Shown here: positions 50,875 to 63,059 of the stretch, piece by piece
Numbering within the stretch: the stretch's first letter is position 1
Layout of the letters: the number at the start of each line of letters is the position of its first letter
DNA from: Tricharina praecox
Lineage: Eukaryota
Assembly (NCBI RefSeq): GCF_024521635.1
Contig: NW_026250407.1
Location: forward strand, 930,001-994,000
Length of the DNA: 64,000 nucleotides
Direction: 5' to 3'
Position numbers and translations under genes: made by a program
Notes under the pieces: generated by a model
What the model was told of the DNA's origin: nothing
What the model saw: the letters and a program-made list of their open reading frames with translations, nothing else
Database searches by the model: none

Positions 50875-52077
50875 ATGCCGTCTCCGAAATGCTTTGTTTC
50901 GCTGTCCAAGCCACCAGCGAAGAAGCGGCCATTTGTCAATATCTTTAATCACCAGGTTCCTCCTACTTGTCCAGGTGCCCTGTTGGTCAATGGCTAATTG
51001 ATTTCTCTAGGTCGACCTCATCCTCCCCACCGACATTTACGACATCATCTCCAAATCGCTGCACTCATGTCCGTCCCTTACGGCTCCGCCGACGTACCAC
51101 CGGCTCGTAATGCCTCTCGGCGCGATCCTGGAACCTGATTTCTTCAACACTTATATCAAGTCTGGCAACATCCTCCTCCTCTCTCACGGGCGTCTCGACG
51201 TCGACAACATCTTCACCCTCTCCGATGGCGTGCTACGCATGTCACTCGACACCGAGGCCTACGAGCGCGCCGGCCTGCAAGGACAGCCCTCAAAGTTCGG
51301 GAATGGGCCTGGCGTTATGAAGCGGCGGCGTTTTGGTACGCACGCCCACCACGCACCTCCGCGTATCCACCAGTACTGACGAAACGATCCACTACAGTGG
51401 TGGAGCTGAACCTCCGCTCGCCCAGCTACCTTACCAACTCCAAACAATTCAACCGTCTCAAGCGAGCCTGCGACGCCGTCTTCTCTTCGCCGCAGCCCTT
51501 CCTCTTCGCCGACCTCTTCTCCCCCGCTCCGGCCTCAATCCCGAGTGTGGTGCAGCAATTTCCCGCTCGCACCGCAACGCCCGAAGTCTCCGCCCTCGCA
51601 GACATCAGCATCCCCACCTTCGTCGCGCCGCCTGGCAGCACCCCCCACGGCGGCGGGAAGTCGGCAGAGGCAAACTACCACCGCGAGGTATGGCGCGACT
51701 GGGCGATGGAGGTGTACGAGTACCTCTCGCTTGTTCTCCTGGGCGCGGACCGGCTGCGTGCGGACGACAGCGTGGATCCGTATCTATCCACGTATGCGGT
51801 TGAGAATGCGGCTGTGGGGAGTGTGACGAGGGTTAGGCTCAGAGGATTGGTCTCGGCGAAGTGGGTGGAGGAGCTTTGGGCGACTGTTGAAGGGCTGTTC
51901 GAGGGGAGGGAGGAGTGGGTGGGCATGGTGGTGCATGGGTTCGATGATGTCCCGTTTGGGCCCATTGGGAAGCAGAGGGGCGGGCTGGAGGCGTGTGGAA
52001 GTGCGTATACCGTTCTCAAGCTGCCTGGTGATGGCGGAGTGATGGTGTGGGATATTGCCGGGGGACAGAGTGAGTGA
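50875..52077 (+). CDS. RPP40: RNase P/MRP subunit p40-like, 3 exons
   Basis: FNHQ|VDLILP, FFNTYIKSGNILLLS, GVLRMSLDTEAYERAGLQG, VVELNLRSPS, YEYLSLVLLGADRLRADDSVDPYLSTY. Confidence 0.85.
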
Positions 52078-52449
52078 TGAAGAGAGTTACATAGAGAATA
52101 CTTTGGGTTCATTGCTGCAAGCAACATCACTGACGGTTAGTGATTAGATTTCACGAACCATTATGGGACATGCGTTTCCTTAAATTATAGAATACACCCT
52201 CAGTTCTTCAATCTCAGATTCCAGATCCCAGATCCTAAAATCTAAATACTACTCTAGTAAGCAACTAGGTATCCAAATATCAATCGCTGAACATCAATAA
52301 TCGCCGTGCATCGCCTCGCAAAGACAGAGCCATCCTCGTTTAAAACTAGACGTACTACACATCCACCCATCCATACAGCCGCGTGTGTAAGATGTATGCA
52401 AGTACTTGGGTGAGGTATCTATACTAATCATAGTTCCGGGAGCGCCATT

Positions 52450-53877
52450 TCAAGAGAATTCCTTTGCGAAGACGTCGAAATTGCGGGTATCTTCGCCATT
52501 CGGCAGGATGGCAAAAACGATGTGCTCAAAGTAACCTTTGAATTCCTCATCGTGCAGCAACTGCCTGAATATCGGGGCAACTTCTTCAGGAGGGTTCCGG
52601 AATACGCCGCAGCCCAGCGCTCCGAGAACCAGTCTCGTCTTCTTGCGTCGGACGGCAACACGCAAGAGCAGCTTGATCTTCTCCGTCATGATTTCGCGAC
52701 ACTCGTTGTTGGGATATACCACCGACTTCCTGTCGAAAGTCTTGTACTTGCTCAGATTCAGCGCGGCGACCGAGAGGACGGAGATGATTTCCGTTCCGCG
52801 CACGCTCGTGTTGTAGACGTTGTATTCGGATGCCTGGTCATCGCGGTAGATCGCCACCGCCGGAGAGTATACCACGGAGTACTCGTTCTCCAGCGGAGTG
52901 CCGTCGTCCAGCTTCGGGCGGCCGGGATAATTACGCGGCCAGGCATCGGGCAGTGGGTAGTATTGGATCTTGAGCGTGTTGATCAAAGTTGTGCGGTAGC
53001 AAAGCTGCTCTTCCTGCGCCGTGGTGCCCTCGAGGAATCCTCCGCCCTGGCGCGTAGCATTCGCCATGTTGAGAACGCCAACGGTGTCGGAATTTGGCAC
53101 GTTGGTCAGTTCAATCGCTACGGCGAGGGTGTCTGCCCTCCGCACTTCGATTTTCGTCTTATAATTCTTGCATTTGGTCTTGGATCGATCGACAGCGTAT
53201 GTGGGGTATTGATCGCGCTCGATGTACAGCGTGGAGTCGATTGATGCAGCGGTTGTCCCGATGACCTTCAAGTTCATGTGACTGTGAGAGAGCCTGAGTT
53301 AGCATAACTGGACAAGAACGGAGGAGAAGGGGGGGACAAACATGTTTTTATAGGCTATTTCTTGTAGGGTGACATAGTGGATTGGATTCTTGCTAGCCAT
53401 GTTTACGCGGTGGATGGAGCGATATCCAGCGGGAACGGGAAAGAAGAACTGGCGTGGCGGCGGCGGCGGCGGGGAATCCAGTGGTCGTGAAGACACCTGG
53501 GAGCTCTCTTCGAAGCTGAAACTGCCGGACTCGAAGCTGTCGTCGGTGCTCTCGAAGCTGGGCAAACTCTCGAAGCTGGTGGGGATCTCCTGGGAGCTCT
53601 CTCCGTCTTGTGTGTCCGTCTCTTCGCTCCTTCCTTTGCCTCTACCTTTTCCCCCGCTTTCACTTCCTCTTCCTCTTCCTCTTGCTCTACCCGACGACGT
53701 CGCCCTCCCTCGCGGTGGTGGTCTCGAGCTTGATGGCGCAAAATACGGTGAAGAAGTACTGCTTCCGCGTCCCAAACTCCACAGTGAAGACAAAGTAGAT
53801 TGCCGTAGTTTCTTGCCCGAACCTCCGTTTGGACTTGTCGTCTCGGGAGAAACTCTCTTATTGTTTGTTGCTGCCAT
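52450..53877 (-). CDS. Bacterial-type poly(ADP-ribose) glycohydrolase / DUF2263 (TIGR02452) macrodomain protein with disordered N-terminus; intron 53341-53282
   Basis: VGVLNMANATRQGGGFLEGTTAQEEQLCYRT (GGG..QEE catalytic loop), VYSPAVAIYR, LVLGALGCGVFRNPP, FEHIVFAI. Confidence 0.88.
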
Positions 53878-54192
53878 GCTTTGGGTCAACGGAGAACAAA
53901 GGGAAGTGGTTGGCTCTTTGTTCTGTCGGAAGCTGCTAGCTGTCTACGACACGACGTTGCCCCCTGCGCGGTCGCGGTTTAGGCGGTAAGGCGTGACCCA
54001 TGCACACGCGCGATGTGTCACACATAACTACGAGTGATGGATTAATAGGTTTGCTAGATCCGTAACCATGGCCAATTTTATGACAACTTTTCTGCATATC
54101 TCCACATACTTCTACACTATTAAATTACTCTCGCTCTCCCCCTTTCAAACGCCTTGCTGTGCCTTAACCAAATTCAAAAGTTCTCACAACGA

Positions 54193-57100
54193 TCAACCGT
54201 GCGCATCCGGTGCATCCAAGGCCATTTCTCCAATAATAGCCTTGATCAGTCTCTCCAGCACCTCGATCTGTGCGACTATATCTGTCAAAGCGGCGGAATA
54301 TGCGTAGTCTATGCTTCCGTATGAGTTGTTGTACGTAGCATGAGCAGAAGTGGGGGGGAGGGGGGTAAGGGAAGGATCTCACGATAAACATCGGCCCACC
54401 GTCTAGTCTTATCCGACCTTGGCCTGACCAGCCTTTCCTCTTCATACTCCGCCTCGATCTCTGACATGCGATCCAGCAGCGTCTTCCTCGCCGCAGCAGC
54501 AGACGGTAAATATCTCGGCACCGGCCGCTTCGACCGCAGCGCGCCGGCTAGGACATAGAGATTCATCAGGATGCTGGCGACGGCGTCGCGGCGTGGAGAG
54601 AGCATTTTCCGTGTGGCGTCCTCGCTGTCTTGGAAGAGGAAGGGGTGGAAGTAGAGACTTGCTTGGCGCACTTCGATGATGTGCTCCAGGAAGCGTTCAC
54701 ACGCATCGATGGCTGCGTTATAAGGCGCTGGATGGAACGGGCCTCGAGGACGCTGGAAAATGGGTGTTAACACGGGGTCGCCTAGGGAGTGCTGGTAAAG
54801 CTTACGATTTCGTGGCGGGTCATGTCCGATAACTCCCTCATCCGGAAGCAGTACTCGCGTAGCTTGGCTTCTTGGATCTCCGACATCTCGATATCTTCAC
54901 GGGTTGGGTGGTAATCGGCGTCGTGGTAGATATATCTGCACAATCACATCAATGAGCGCAAGCCACCGTTAGGTAGAACGTGAAGGAGACGAGCCTGGCG
55001 ACAACACCGCGGTACGCGATCCCAAGATTCAAGAGCATATCGCTCAATGACTTCCTGAGCTCATGTCTGGCGACGAACGGCCACACCACCCAGTTGACCG
55101 CCACAGCCGCCACCACTCCGATGACCAGTCCGATTCCCAGCAGCGACGCCACCTCTGCTGCCGACTGGCCTGCTTCAGGCTGGTTATGCGCCGTCAATGA
55201 AACAATCGTGAAGCTCAAACAAGTCATCAAGCCGGAACGCGGATGGGATGAAAGCATAAACCGGAAGACTGTTCTGCCTGTGAACAAAGTGTATAGTAGT
55301 GACGGCTGTTAGTGGGTGAAACATACCTGCCGGAATCATGAAAACGAATGCAAAAGCCGCGAGGACGTACGGACGGCCTCCAGGCCCTGCCGCCGATCCA
55401 GCACCATACGCGAAGCCCCCCCATGCAGCGCCCACGACGGTGGCAATAGTCCTTGTTAGCAAATCCTGAGCATTCCCTCCCACTCGTGGGTGCATCATGA
55501 GCCACGCCGCAATCACAGCCCACCAGGAGTCATGTGCCCTCCACCAGTCCGAGCTCTGTCTCAGCCACGCCGGAGCACTAAGCGTTGCCGTAACCAACAC
55601 CACCTTGACCGCAAATTTCGTTTCAAACTGTTGCAGTCTGTGTAGAATCTTCCACGTGCGATACCGCAGGGTGTCACCATCGGCCGTGCCATCGATGCCG
55701 GCTTGCTTTCTCCACATGCCCTCGTCTGCTGGTCCCCCATCGGGATCCGGGTGGTACGCCCGCGCATGGATCTTCCCCATGATGCTGTTTATCTCGCCTT
55801 TAATTCGGAAATAGTATCCTGCGCTCACACCGCCTCGGTCGTGGCGGACCTGTGGGTTCGTACGGTATATGGCTTTCCAGAATGGATACGACGGGAGGAA
55901 TATCCGCTTTCGCCTCGCTTTTGGGTCCCGGCTCATCTGCAACACCCTGTCGGCCAGTGAATCAATCGCTCCGGCTGCTTGGCGAAGTGGGTTTATGAAT
56001 AAGAACAGCTCGACCAGGTCTGCATGTGTGGAGTATGATGAAGGCAGACTGGGATGTTCGATGAGTATGGCATCGGCACGATCGAATGCGTCGATTGCAG
56101 ACTTGAGCTCCTCGCGTGATAGCTCGACGTCAAACAATTCCTCGTGGTCGAACAGATCCGCAAGACCGGCAATCCTCATTAGCGCATTATCGCAGCAGCG
56201 AAGCATCGCCGCCATGGTCGTGACCAAGTTCCTTGCTGGTTCGGCCATCGTCTGGCGAACAACCTCCAGCGGAGTCTCGTAGGTGGACTCGCCGTCGATA
56301 CTGGCTACATCCACCGAATCGCCCGAGTGAATGTTGATGATGACGTCGTGCGGGTTATCAACACCCGATGGCGTTGAGGGCGGCTGGCAGGACTCATGGT
56401 CGAAGAGACTCGTCTCTGGCTTTATTGCCATTATCTGTCTGATGACACTCTGCAGGAGATTTCGAAGCTGTTCGACGTCGGCAGGCTCAAGTGCCGTGAT
56501 GGTAGCCTCGTTCCTCATGTCTCGCACGGCATCGGAAAGGTTCACGAGCTGTTTACTCATGTTGCTGTGGATCTCCAGCGAGTAGGTACGCGGCAATACT
56601 AGCGCCCTCAGTGCCGATTCCATGGAGTCGTGCAGAGCAGTCCTATATTCACGGTCCGAATTAGTGATATGCTCACCCACACCGATACCCGCACCAATGG
56701 ACCCTCCTCCTTCCTAGCACGTGTCTCAAAGTGATGCTCAAGGGGAAGAGAAAAAAAAGATATAGATTAGGTGAATCGTACGCTATGACTCTACTGCCAG
56801 CTTCTGGATACAAACAAAGATTCACAACCAAACTAATTCCCAGGCCGACCAACCAAGGTACGGCAAACTCTCGAACGATAGGACGTGTCAAGCTGCCTTC
56901 ACGGGGGATGTCGTCGGTTTCGACGAGACAAAGGAACATCAAGGCGATACCAGCGGCGATGATGCCTTGGTAGAATCTCAGGAGGGAGCAGCGGACCCAG
57001 CTCAACAAAGCTATGATCGGGATCAGAAAAGCTGCCAGAACGCCACCGTAAGCACTGCGTGATGCGGCCGTGGCGCTCGCCGCCTCGAGTGCTAGACAGC

Positions 57101-57893
57101 CGAAGCCGAGTCCAAAGGCCCCGCCGAGCATGCAGCCGACCGTCCCGTCGATCTGGGCTCCCACCGTCCTGCCTGCATGGTTGAAGAGCGCCGCAATAGG
57201 CACCCAGTACGAGTGTTTCCCGAGCACGCTCTGGATCTGAGGTATGAGACAGAAGACATACGCAATGAAGTACCCCAAGCAGGCCTTCATGAGCCGAATC
57301 CCGGACCGCGATCGAAACGCCGTGGTGAAAAAGTATCCGCAGTCCTCAATCTGGGTATGGACAGTGCTCCGAAAGTGTTTTCCAGGATCCACACCAAAGA
57401 ACCCGCCATCCTCATCGTCCGACGAGCCGCCATCCTCCCCACCCTGCTGTGCGGTCGACCGATAGAACGTCGCGTCAAAGAACCCATCGCGCAATTCCTC
57501 GACGCCAAACGTATCGTACTGATCCATCTCCAGGCTCTCCAGCAGATGCTGCAGATGGAACGTCGAGATGCTCGCGCGCGGCGAGTGAGGATCGATCGGG
57601 GTCCTCGCGCCGGAGGAGGTGTACTGTGCGCGCGAATACGCCGAGTACGCCGATCTCGCCGAGTACGCGGACGGGGAGCGCACCATGGGCGAGGGCCTAG
57701 GCCGGCCCGGCCCACCAGTGCTCCATTGCCGCTCTCGCAGCGCCGCGCCGGATGCCTCCACCAGCTGCACGTGCCGCGACTTGGTCTTCTGCAATGGCGA
57801 GGTCAGGGACGAGGGGGTCGCCGAGCCGGGGATGTACGAGCCACTGGCGCCGCCGCCGGATCCGCTGCCCGATGCTTCGCCGATTGAAGACAT
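54193..57893 (-). CDS. FUSC/aromatic-acid-exporter-like (Bre4-related) multi-pass membrane protein, multi-exon
   Basis: HAGRTVGAQID, FETKFAVKV, HPRVGGN..RTIATVVGAAWG, VNWVVWPFVARHELRK, ALRSKRPVPRYLPSAAAARK; many TM segments. Confidence 0.85.
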
Positions 57894-59056
57894 CGCATGT
57901 GTACTGAGTACTTGCCTAGGTATCTATGCGCAGCCTTGAGGAAATCCAGTAGGGTGGAATGGATGGGGAATGTGTGAGGTCACTGGTGCTGCAGGAAGCT
58001 GGTTATCCCAGTCCGGTTTGGCTTGGTTACTGGCCAGTGGCGGCGTTGGTCACGCTAGAGTAAGTCGGCAGGCAGTGGAATCTGGATGGAAGTCGTGAAT
58101 TTTCATGTGCAATTCCAAGTTCCAAATTCACACTCGGAAAAGCTGCAATATACGCGAAAGCAACACGGCCATTTCGCAGCTGCCAACGCGAGGGGAATGG
58201 AACACGAGTGAAGCGCCTTCTCCTCCCTGCTAGCGTTCCTGGAGTACTCTGGACTCTGGAGGACTCGTACGATGCAAGGTACAGACTTTACTTTACTCGT
58301 GTCTTCGACTCTCCGCTGCTATTCGACAAACACCGAAAATGCCTCAGGGACGTCAAGCGCCTCCAAACCAGCACCGTCCCCGGCCGCAGTTCCACAGGGC
58401 GCCGAGGTCAGGATACCCCGTCTCGAGAACATCCACATCCTCGACGGAGAGTGTCTGAGCACCCAACAGTCGACGAGCATCAAACGGGGCGGAATGCAAC
58501 ACTGCCGCGCGGGGCTGAGGAGGCATGGAATGCGGCCCATAACAGCATGATAGATCAGCCAGGCAGCGGTGCCTCGTCGCTTGCAACCGCTGGAATGTAA
58601 GATTGCCAATTCCAAGAAGATATCGAGCGAATGGTGCTTCCGCTGCCACCTGTGACCTTTGTAGGTACTCTACATACTATACACGCTTACCCGCGGAAGA
58701 GCACATCCTCGCGCGCCTGGGAAGCCGGAAGGTTGCATGGACAAGGGTTAGGGGTTTGCTAACATCAGACCTACATAGCCCGTCGACAAACACAGCGTAC
58801 AGCACAAGATGCTCGATACCGGATATCCCGAGCAAGGGACCTGCGGATTGCGGCTACATGCTCAACGGAAGCGTGAGCACTGAGGGCTGGTATGCGCTTG
58901 GGCGTTTCAGATAGACATAGGGAGAGTCAACTCTGGGAGGCTGTGAGTTGAAGGAATGTAACATGCAGTGTAACTGGGCTTATCGTCACAGCCTGATCAC
59001 TTTCCCTACTTCCTCCCAGAAGTCGATTATCAGGCAGTATAAAGCCTGCTTCCTTT

Positions 59057-59126
59057 CCCACAATCGGAGAGCTTCCAGACAAACTAGCTCGCGCCCTTCC
59101 CCACAATCGGAGAGCTTCCGGACAAA
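59057..59126 (+). repeat. 27-bp direct repeat x2 (period 43) upstream of the F-box gene
   Basis: CCCACAATCGGAGAGCTTCC[A/G]GACAAA at 59057-59083 and 59100-59126. Confidence 0.85.
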
Positions 59127-59221
59127 GGAACTCACCCTTTCCAACTACGTACATTAGGTACTTCAACAACCACCATCGCAGGAAATTCACAAAACCCACG
59201 CGATTCCGCGTCGGATTCGCC

Positions 59222-59887
59222 ATGGCCAGTCTGGGGAACCTTTCACCGGAGCTCCACCGCCAAATCCTCCTTTACGGCACGCAACCGTTTCGCTGGGCGC
59301 TATCCATGACCGACCGATATTTCCACGCGCTGATCGGGCCGGTGATTCTCAGCAAAGCCGAGACCTGGGACCTTCGGATGCAGCAAGAAAAATCCGACCC
59401 TGGCCGGTACCGCCGTGCATGTTCCAAATGCTTCCGGTTCCTTCAGTTCTACCACTTCTCGCGCAACCAGGCGAGCGCGCGGACGAAGCCCGAAAAACGC
59501 CTGTGCCTCGACTGCTTCGCGAAAATTGACAATCCGAAATCAGGAATCAAATGGTTCTGTGGCGATATAGAGCAGTGCCCCGTTTGTCGCCGCTTGATCT
59601 GCGATGCCGATGTGCCATTGTCCGGGGTTTCGGAGGGGTATCGTTGTCGCCCCTGCCTGAGGTTTCGCGCTAGATTGCCCCCCACCAACACCACCACCGA
59701 CGATGGAACGGTGCAATACGTCAAATTCTTCCGTGACTGGCTGGATCGTCTGGATGTTAAGTTGCCGCCGAGACATCTGTTGTTCCTCCGGCCGGATTCT
59801 CTGAGACTGGACGAACAGGTCTCGACAATGCTCGCGAGGTTGGAGGATTTGGGCCCTTCCCATTTCGAACGACTCTCTTCCCGTTGA
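59222..59887 (+). CDS. F-box-like protein with Cys-rich (Zn-finger-like) region, intronless
   Basis: N-terminal SLGNLSPELHRQILLY..ALSMTDRYFHALI resembles an F-box; then CSKC..F..NQ..RLCLDC..CPVC..CRPC. Confidence 0.7.
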   Translation: MASLGNLSPELHRQILLYGTQPFRWALSMTDRYFHALIGPVILSKAETWDLRMQQEKSDPGRYRRACSKCFRFLQFYHFSRNQASARTKPEKRLCLDCFAKIDNPKSGIKWFCGDIEQCPVCRRLICDADVPLSGVSEGYRCRPCLRFRARLPPTNTTTDDGTVQYVKFFRDWLDRLDVKLPPRHLLFLRPDSLRLDEQVSTMLARLEDLGPSHFERLSSR

Positions 59888-59991
59888 TTCAAGGAGGTGG
59901 AGCGGGGTTGTTTGGAGCTGGAAAGTAGTGGTATGGGGGGGGGGGAGTTTATTGGATGGATTGTATGGTACTGGGCCGCCGGTGACCGGAC

Positions 59992-60578
59992 TCAAGAGTC
60001 AGGATTCTGAAGGTTTGAAGACGAGCTTGTATCTGTCTTGTCCGCTTTTTGTCGTACACTTCCAGGTTTTGTGACGGGAACTATGGGTGTCTGTTTTGTC
60101 GGACTCGATGGGGGGTTTGTCGGATCGTGTGCTTGTTTGTTGTCGGCTTTTCTGGCAGTCGAGAAGGTTTTGTCAGGAAAATAGTGATATAAATACAAGG
60201 CCGATGATTCTGTGGCTATTTCTCTCGATTCACTGTATGTACCTACCAGGTAGGGATTGATGAAAAGTTCGGAGCTCAAGATGGCACAAGTAGAAGGCGA
60301 AACAAGAGGTTGGTATGATATGTGAACACCCAAATCCATCTTCGCACGGAAAGCCTCAAGCTTTGGACAAGCTTTAAATGCCCGCGGCTCCTGGCTAAGC
60401 CCTACGCCGGCCCCAACTTGGAGAAGCAGGGAGTATCGTATGTATCAGGTATGAGACTGTGCACAGCTGCACCTTCAAAGTTCAGCGAAGCCGTATGAAG
60501 GATCTCATACCATAGCCCCGCTACATACAAAACTATCATACCAATAGAGTGGAGTGGAGCTGGAAGTCGTTCTCGCAT
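59992..60578 (-). CDS. Possible small hypothetical protein (~175 aa); exons 60578-60473 and 60416-59992
   Basis: A weak GTGCAG..CTGAT..AAG 56-nt intron joins two open frames in phase; no recognisable domain. Confidence 0.25.
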
Positions 60579-61382
60579 CACTGCATCGATCGATCACTCG
60601 GCAAAGCCCCCTGCCCAGCTGATGCGGATCGATTGTTGGCCTGGGATATTCCGGTGCCGATCCGATGGCCAGGTGAAGCCTGAAGGAGCAGCGGCGGCCG
60701 TCGTGGTGGAGTTACCTATTTGCTGATCAAATAATCCAGCGGACGTATTTGTGGCTGGTGGACATGGCAGTGCCCGCCGCAGGATCATTACTCAAGAGTA
60801 GATGAGCCAGTACGACCTGTACTAGGTATCATAGTAGCATATAAATTCCACAGCATATCGCCAAGCACCATGACGACGTCGGAGTGCAGACGGACGCGAC
60901 GTCGTCCAAATATTGTTTGTTTGTTTTGATCGATCTGCATCCGTCAATTAAGGCCACTTAAAGGCGATGGGGATGGGGATGGGGTGGGGAGCAGCCTGGG
61001 AGGCTCGGATTCACTCCGGTAGAGTTCGGCATGCAGATAAGGGCTTGGATATTCGAACGACGACGAGATGTGCGGGCCCTGCGAGGGGGAGAGGGAGAGA
61101 CAGATTGGATCGGCTGCGGTTGGACCAATCGCATGCGGAGGAACCGTGTTCCTCCGCCGCTGTTCCATGCAGCAGCAGCATCTACACTCTCTCCCATCTG
61201 GTTTTTTGCCGTTTTGGGGGGCTTGTTTATACGCAGTTAATACTCCACATAAAGCTGCCGTCTTCACCGGATGGCAGCCTGATGGAAACAACGGAGCTGC
61301 TCGAACACGGGACGTGCACACAGGAACGTGGACGTCCTTTGTTTGTAGGTACTATGGAATAGAGAGCAAGTCATATGACAAA

Positions 61383-61414
61383 CACGAAAACACGAAAACA
61401 CGAAAACACGAAAA
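61383..61414 (+). promoter_or_regulatory. Four tandem CACGAAAA (SCB-consensus) boxes upstream of the cyclin gene
   Basis: Perfect (CACGAAAA)x4, with an ACGCG MCB core just downstream. Confidence 0.45.
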
Positions 61415-62808
61415 CACCAATCACACGCGCTCCAATACGGCGTGCAGACAGGAAGCAAGCACGTAACTCATACTTGCTCCAATATATGAATATAGGGTAC
61501 GGGCAGGAAGCAAGCACTTGCCTGCTCTACATACGCAGAAACATACTCCTTAAGTACCCAGGTACACTGCTTGCCCATCGCGAGTAAAGACTCGTCACTC
61601 CGTTCCTACTGCCGTAGCAGTGCCATCGTCCGTGCGGTCCTTTCTGTTTGCCTGGTAGGTAGGCGGCCATAACGACGGCACTAGGCAGTCCAGAAAAGTG
61701 TAGTCAGCCGCTTTGCTTTGCCCCGCCGCCGCCGCGCCGCTTCCCAGGCAAGACCCACGCTACTTTTGCCGCTTGTCCACCATCAAAACCCCGTCGACAT
61801 CGCGAAGACTTCTTTCCGTTCTGCTCTCTTGCCCTGCTCTGCCCTGCTCTGCCCTGCTCTGCACCGCTCGACCCAATCGCTGTGTTGCTGCCGTGCCATC
61901 GCTTGCTTCGTGCAGTTCTTCCCTTCTCTTCCCACGATCCAGCAGCACCGCCGTCACCCCCCACATCCGTTCGTTCTTCGTTCGTTCTCCGTCGTTTCGT
62001 CCGTTCTTCTTGAACGTACCCCAACTCCCGCCAGCAATTGTCGTCCACGACGCGTTGCTGCTACTGCTGCTGCTCCGGCCGGGTTGACGGGTGGAAGGAA
62101 CAAGTTGAAAGCACCGCCATCCTTATCCTACTGTAGGTCCATTACTTTGCTTGTGCTTCCCCTCCGCTCCGTCTGCTTGCCCGTTTCGTTTTGACTTGGC
62201 TCCGGCCTAACTCAAACTGGAGGAGTCTATCAAGAGGCTCCCTCCTCCTCCCTTTGCGCTCAAAAGCACTCCCCCTCTCTCCCAAACCTCACTCCTTCCC
62301 TTCACGGTACCTAGTAAGACGTGAGTCCTGGTACCACCCCAGAACTACCACACACACCAAACTCATCACTCACCCATCAAAACACACTCGCAACAACTAA
62401 TAACAACAACCACCTCCAAGGTTGCTGGCTACTAGTGGTTGCTGCTAAACCCACCACCCGCGCTCCTCTCCATCCCACTCCCCACCTTCAACCACAACTC
62501 CTCCTCCTCCTAACCCTACCTTTTCTCCTTTCTCCACCTTCGCCCTACTCCTCTACCCCTTCCACCACACGGAAACAACTTCGTGTCGTTTCTCCTGTCA
62601 ACACCACTCCTTTTTGTCGCGTCTCGTCGCACTTGTTGACAATCTCCCTTCCTCGCAGCCAACAACAACAAAATCAATAACAGCTACAATCGCGCCGACT
62701 CGCCGAGAACACGTCTGACTCGAACAGTGTCGAGAATCTTTGGAGCGCTCTCGATCGATCGCCTTGTTGAGTCCGACCGCGGGTAATCCTTGGGATTCCA
62801 CTTTTCAG

Positions 62809-62878
62809 GTACGTGATGTCAACAAACGAACAAACACGGCAATTTATGTATGGACTTCGCATTGCTGACTTCCACTAG
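62809..62878 (+). other. Putative 5'-UTR intron of the cyclin gene
   Basis: CAG|GTACGT donor, GCTGAC branch, TAG acceptor; 70 nt. Confidence 0.65.
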
Positions 62879-63059
62879 TCTCGAAGATCGGATCTTGGAA
62901 CTCTTGACGGAGTGTGATTATATTTTTTTTTGTCGAGTTGGGGTTTTGTTCGCGCCCGGTACGCTTCCGTCGTAACACGTCGAGTCCTCCCAGTCTCGTC
63001 AACACCACCCTCAACCCAAACCAACCACACTCCACTCACACCAACTACAACCACCAAAA

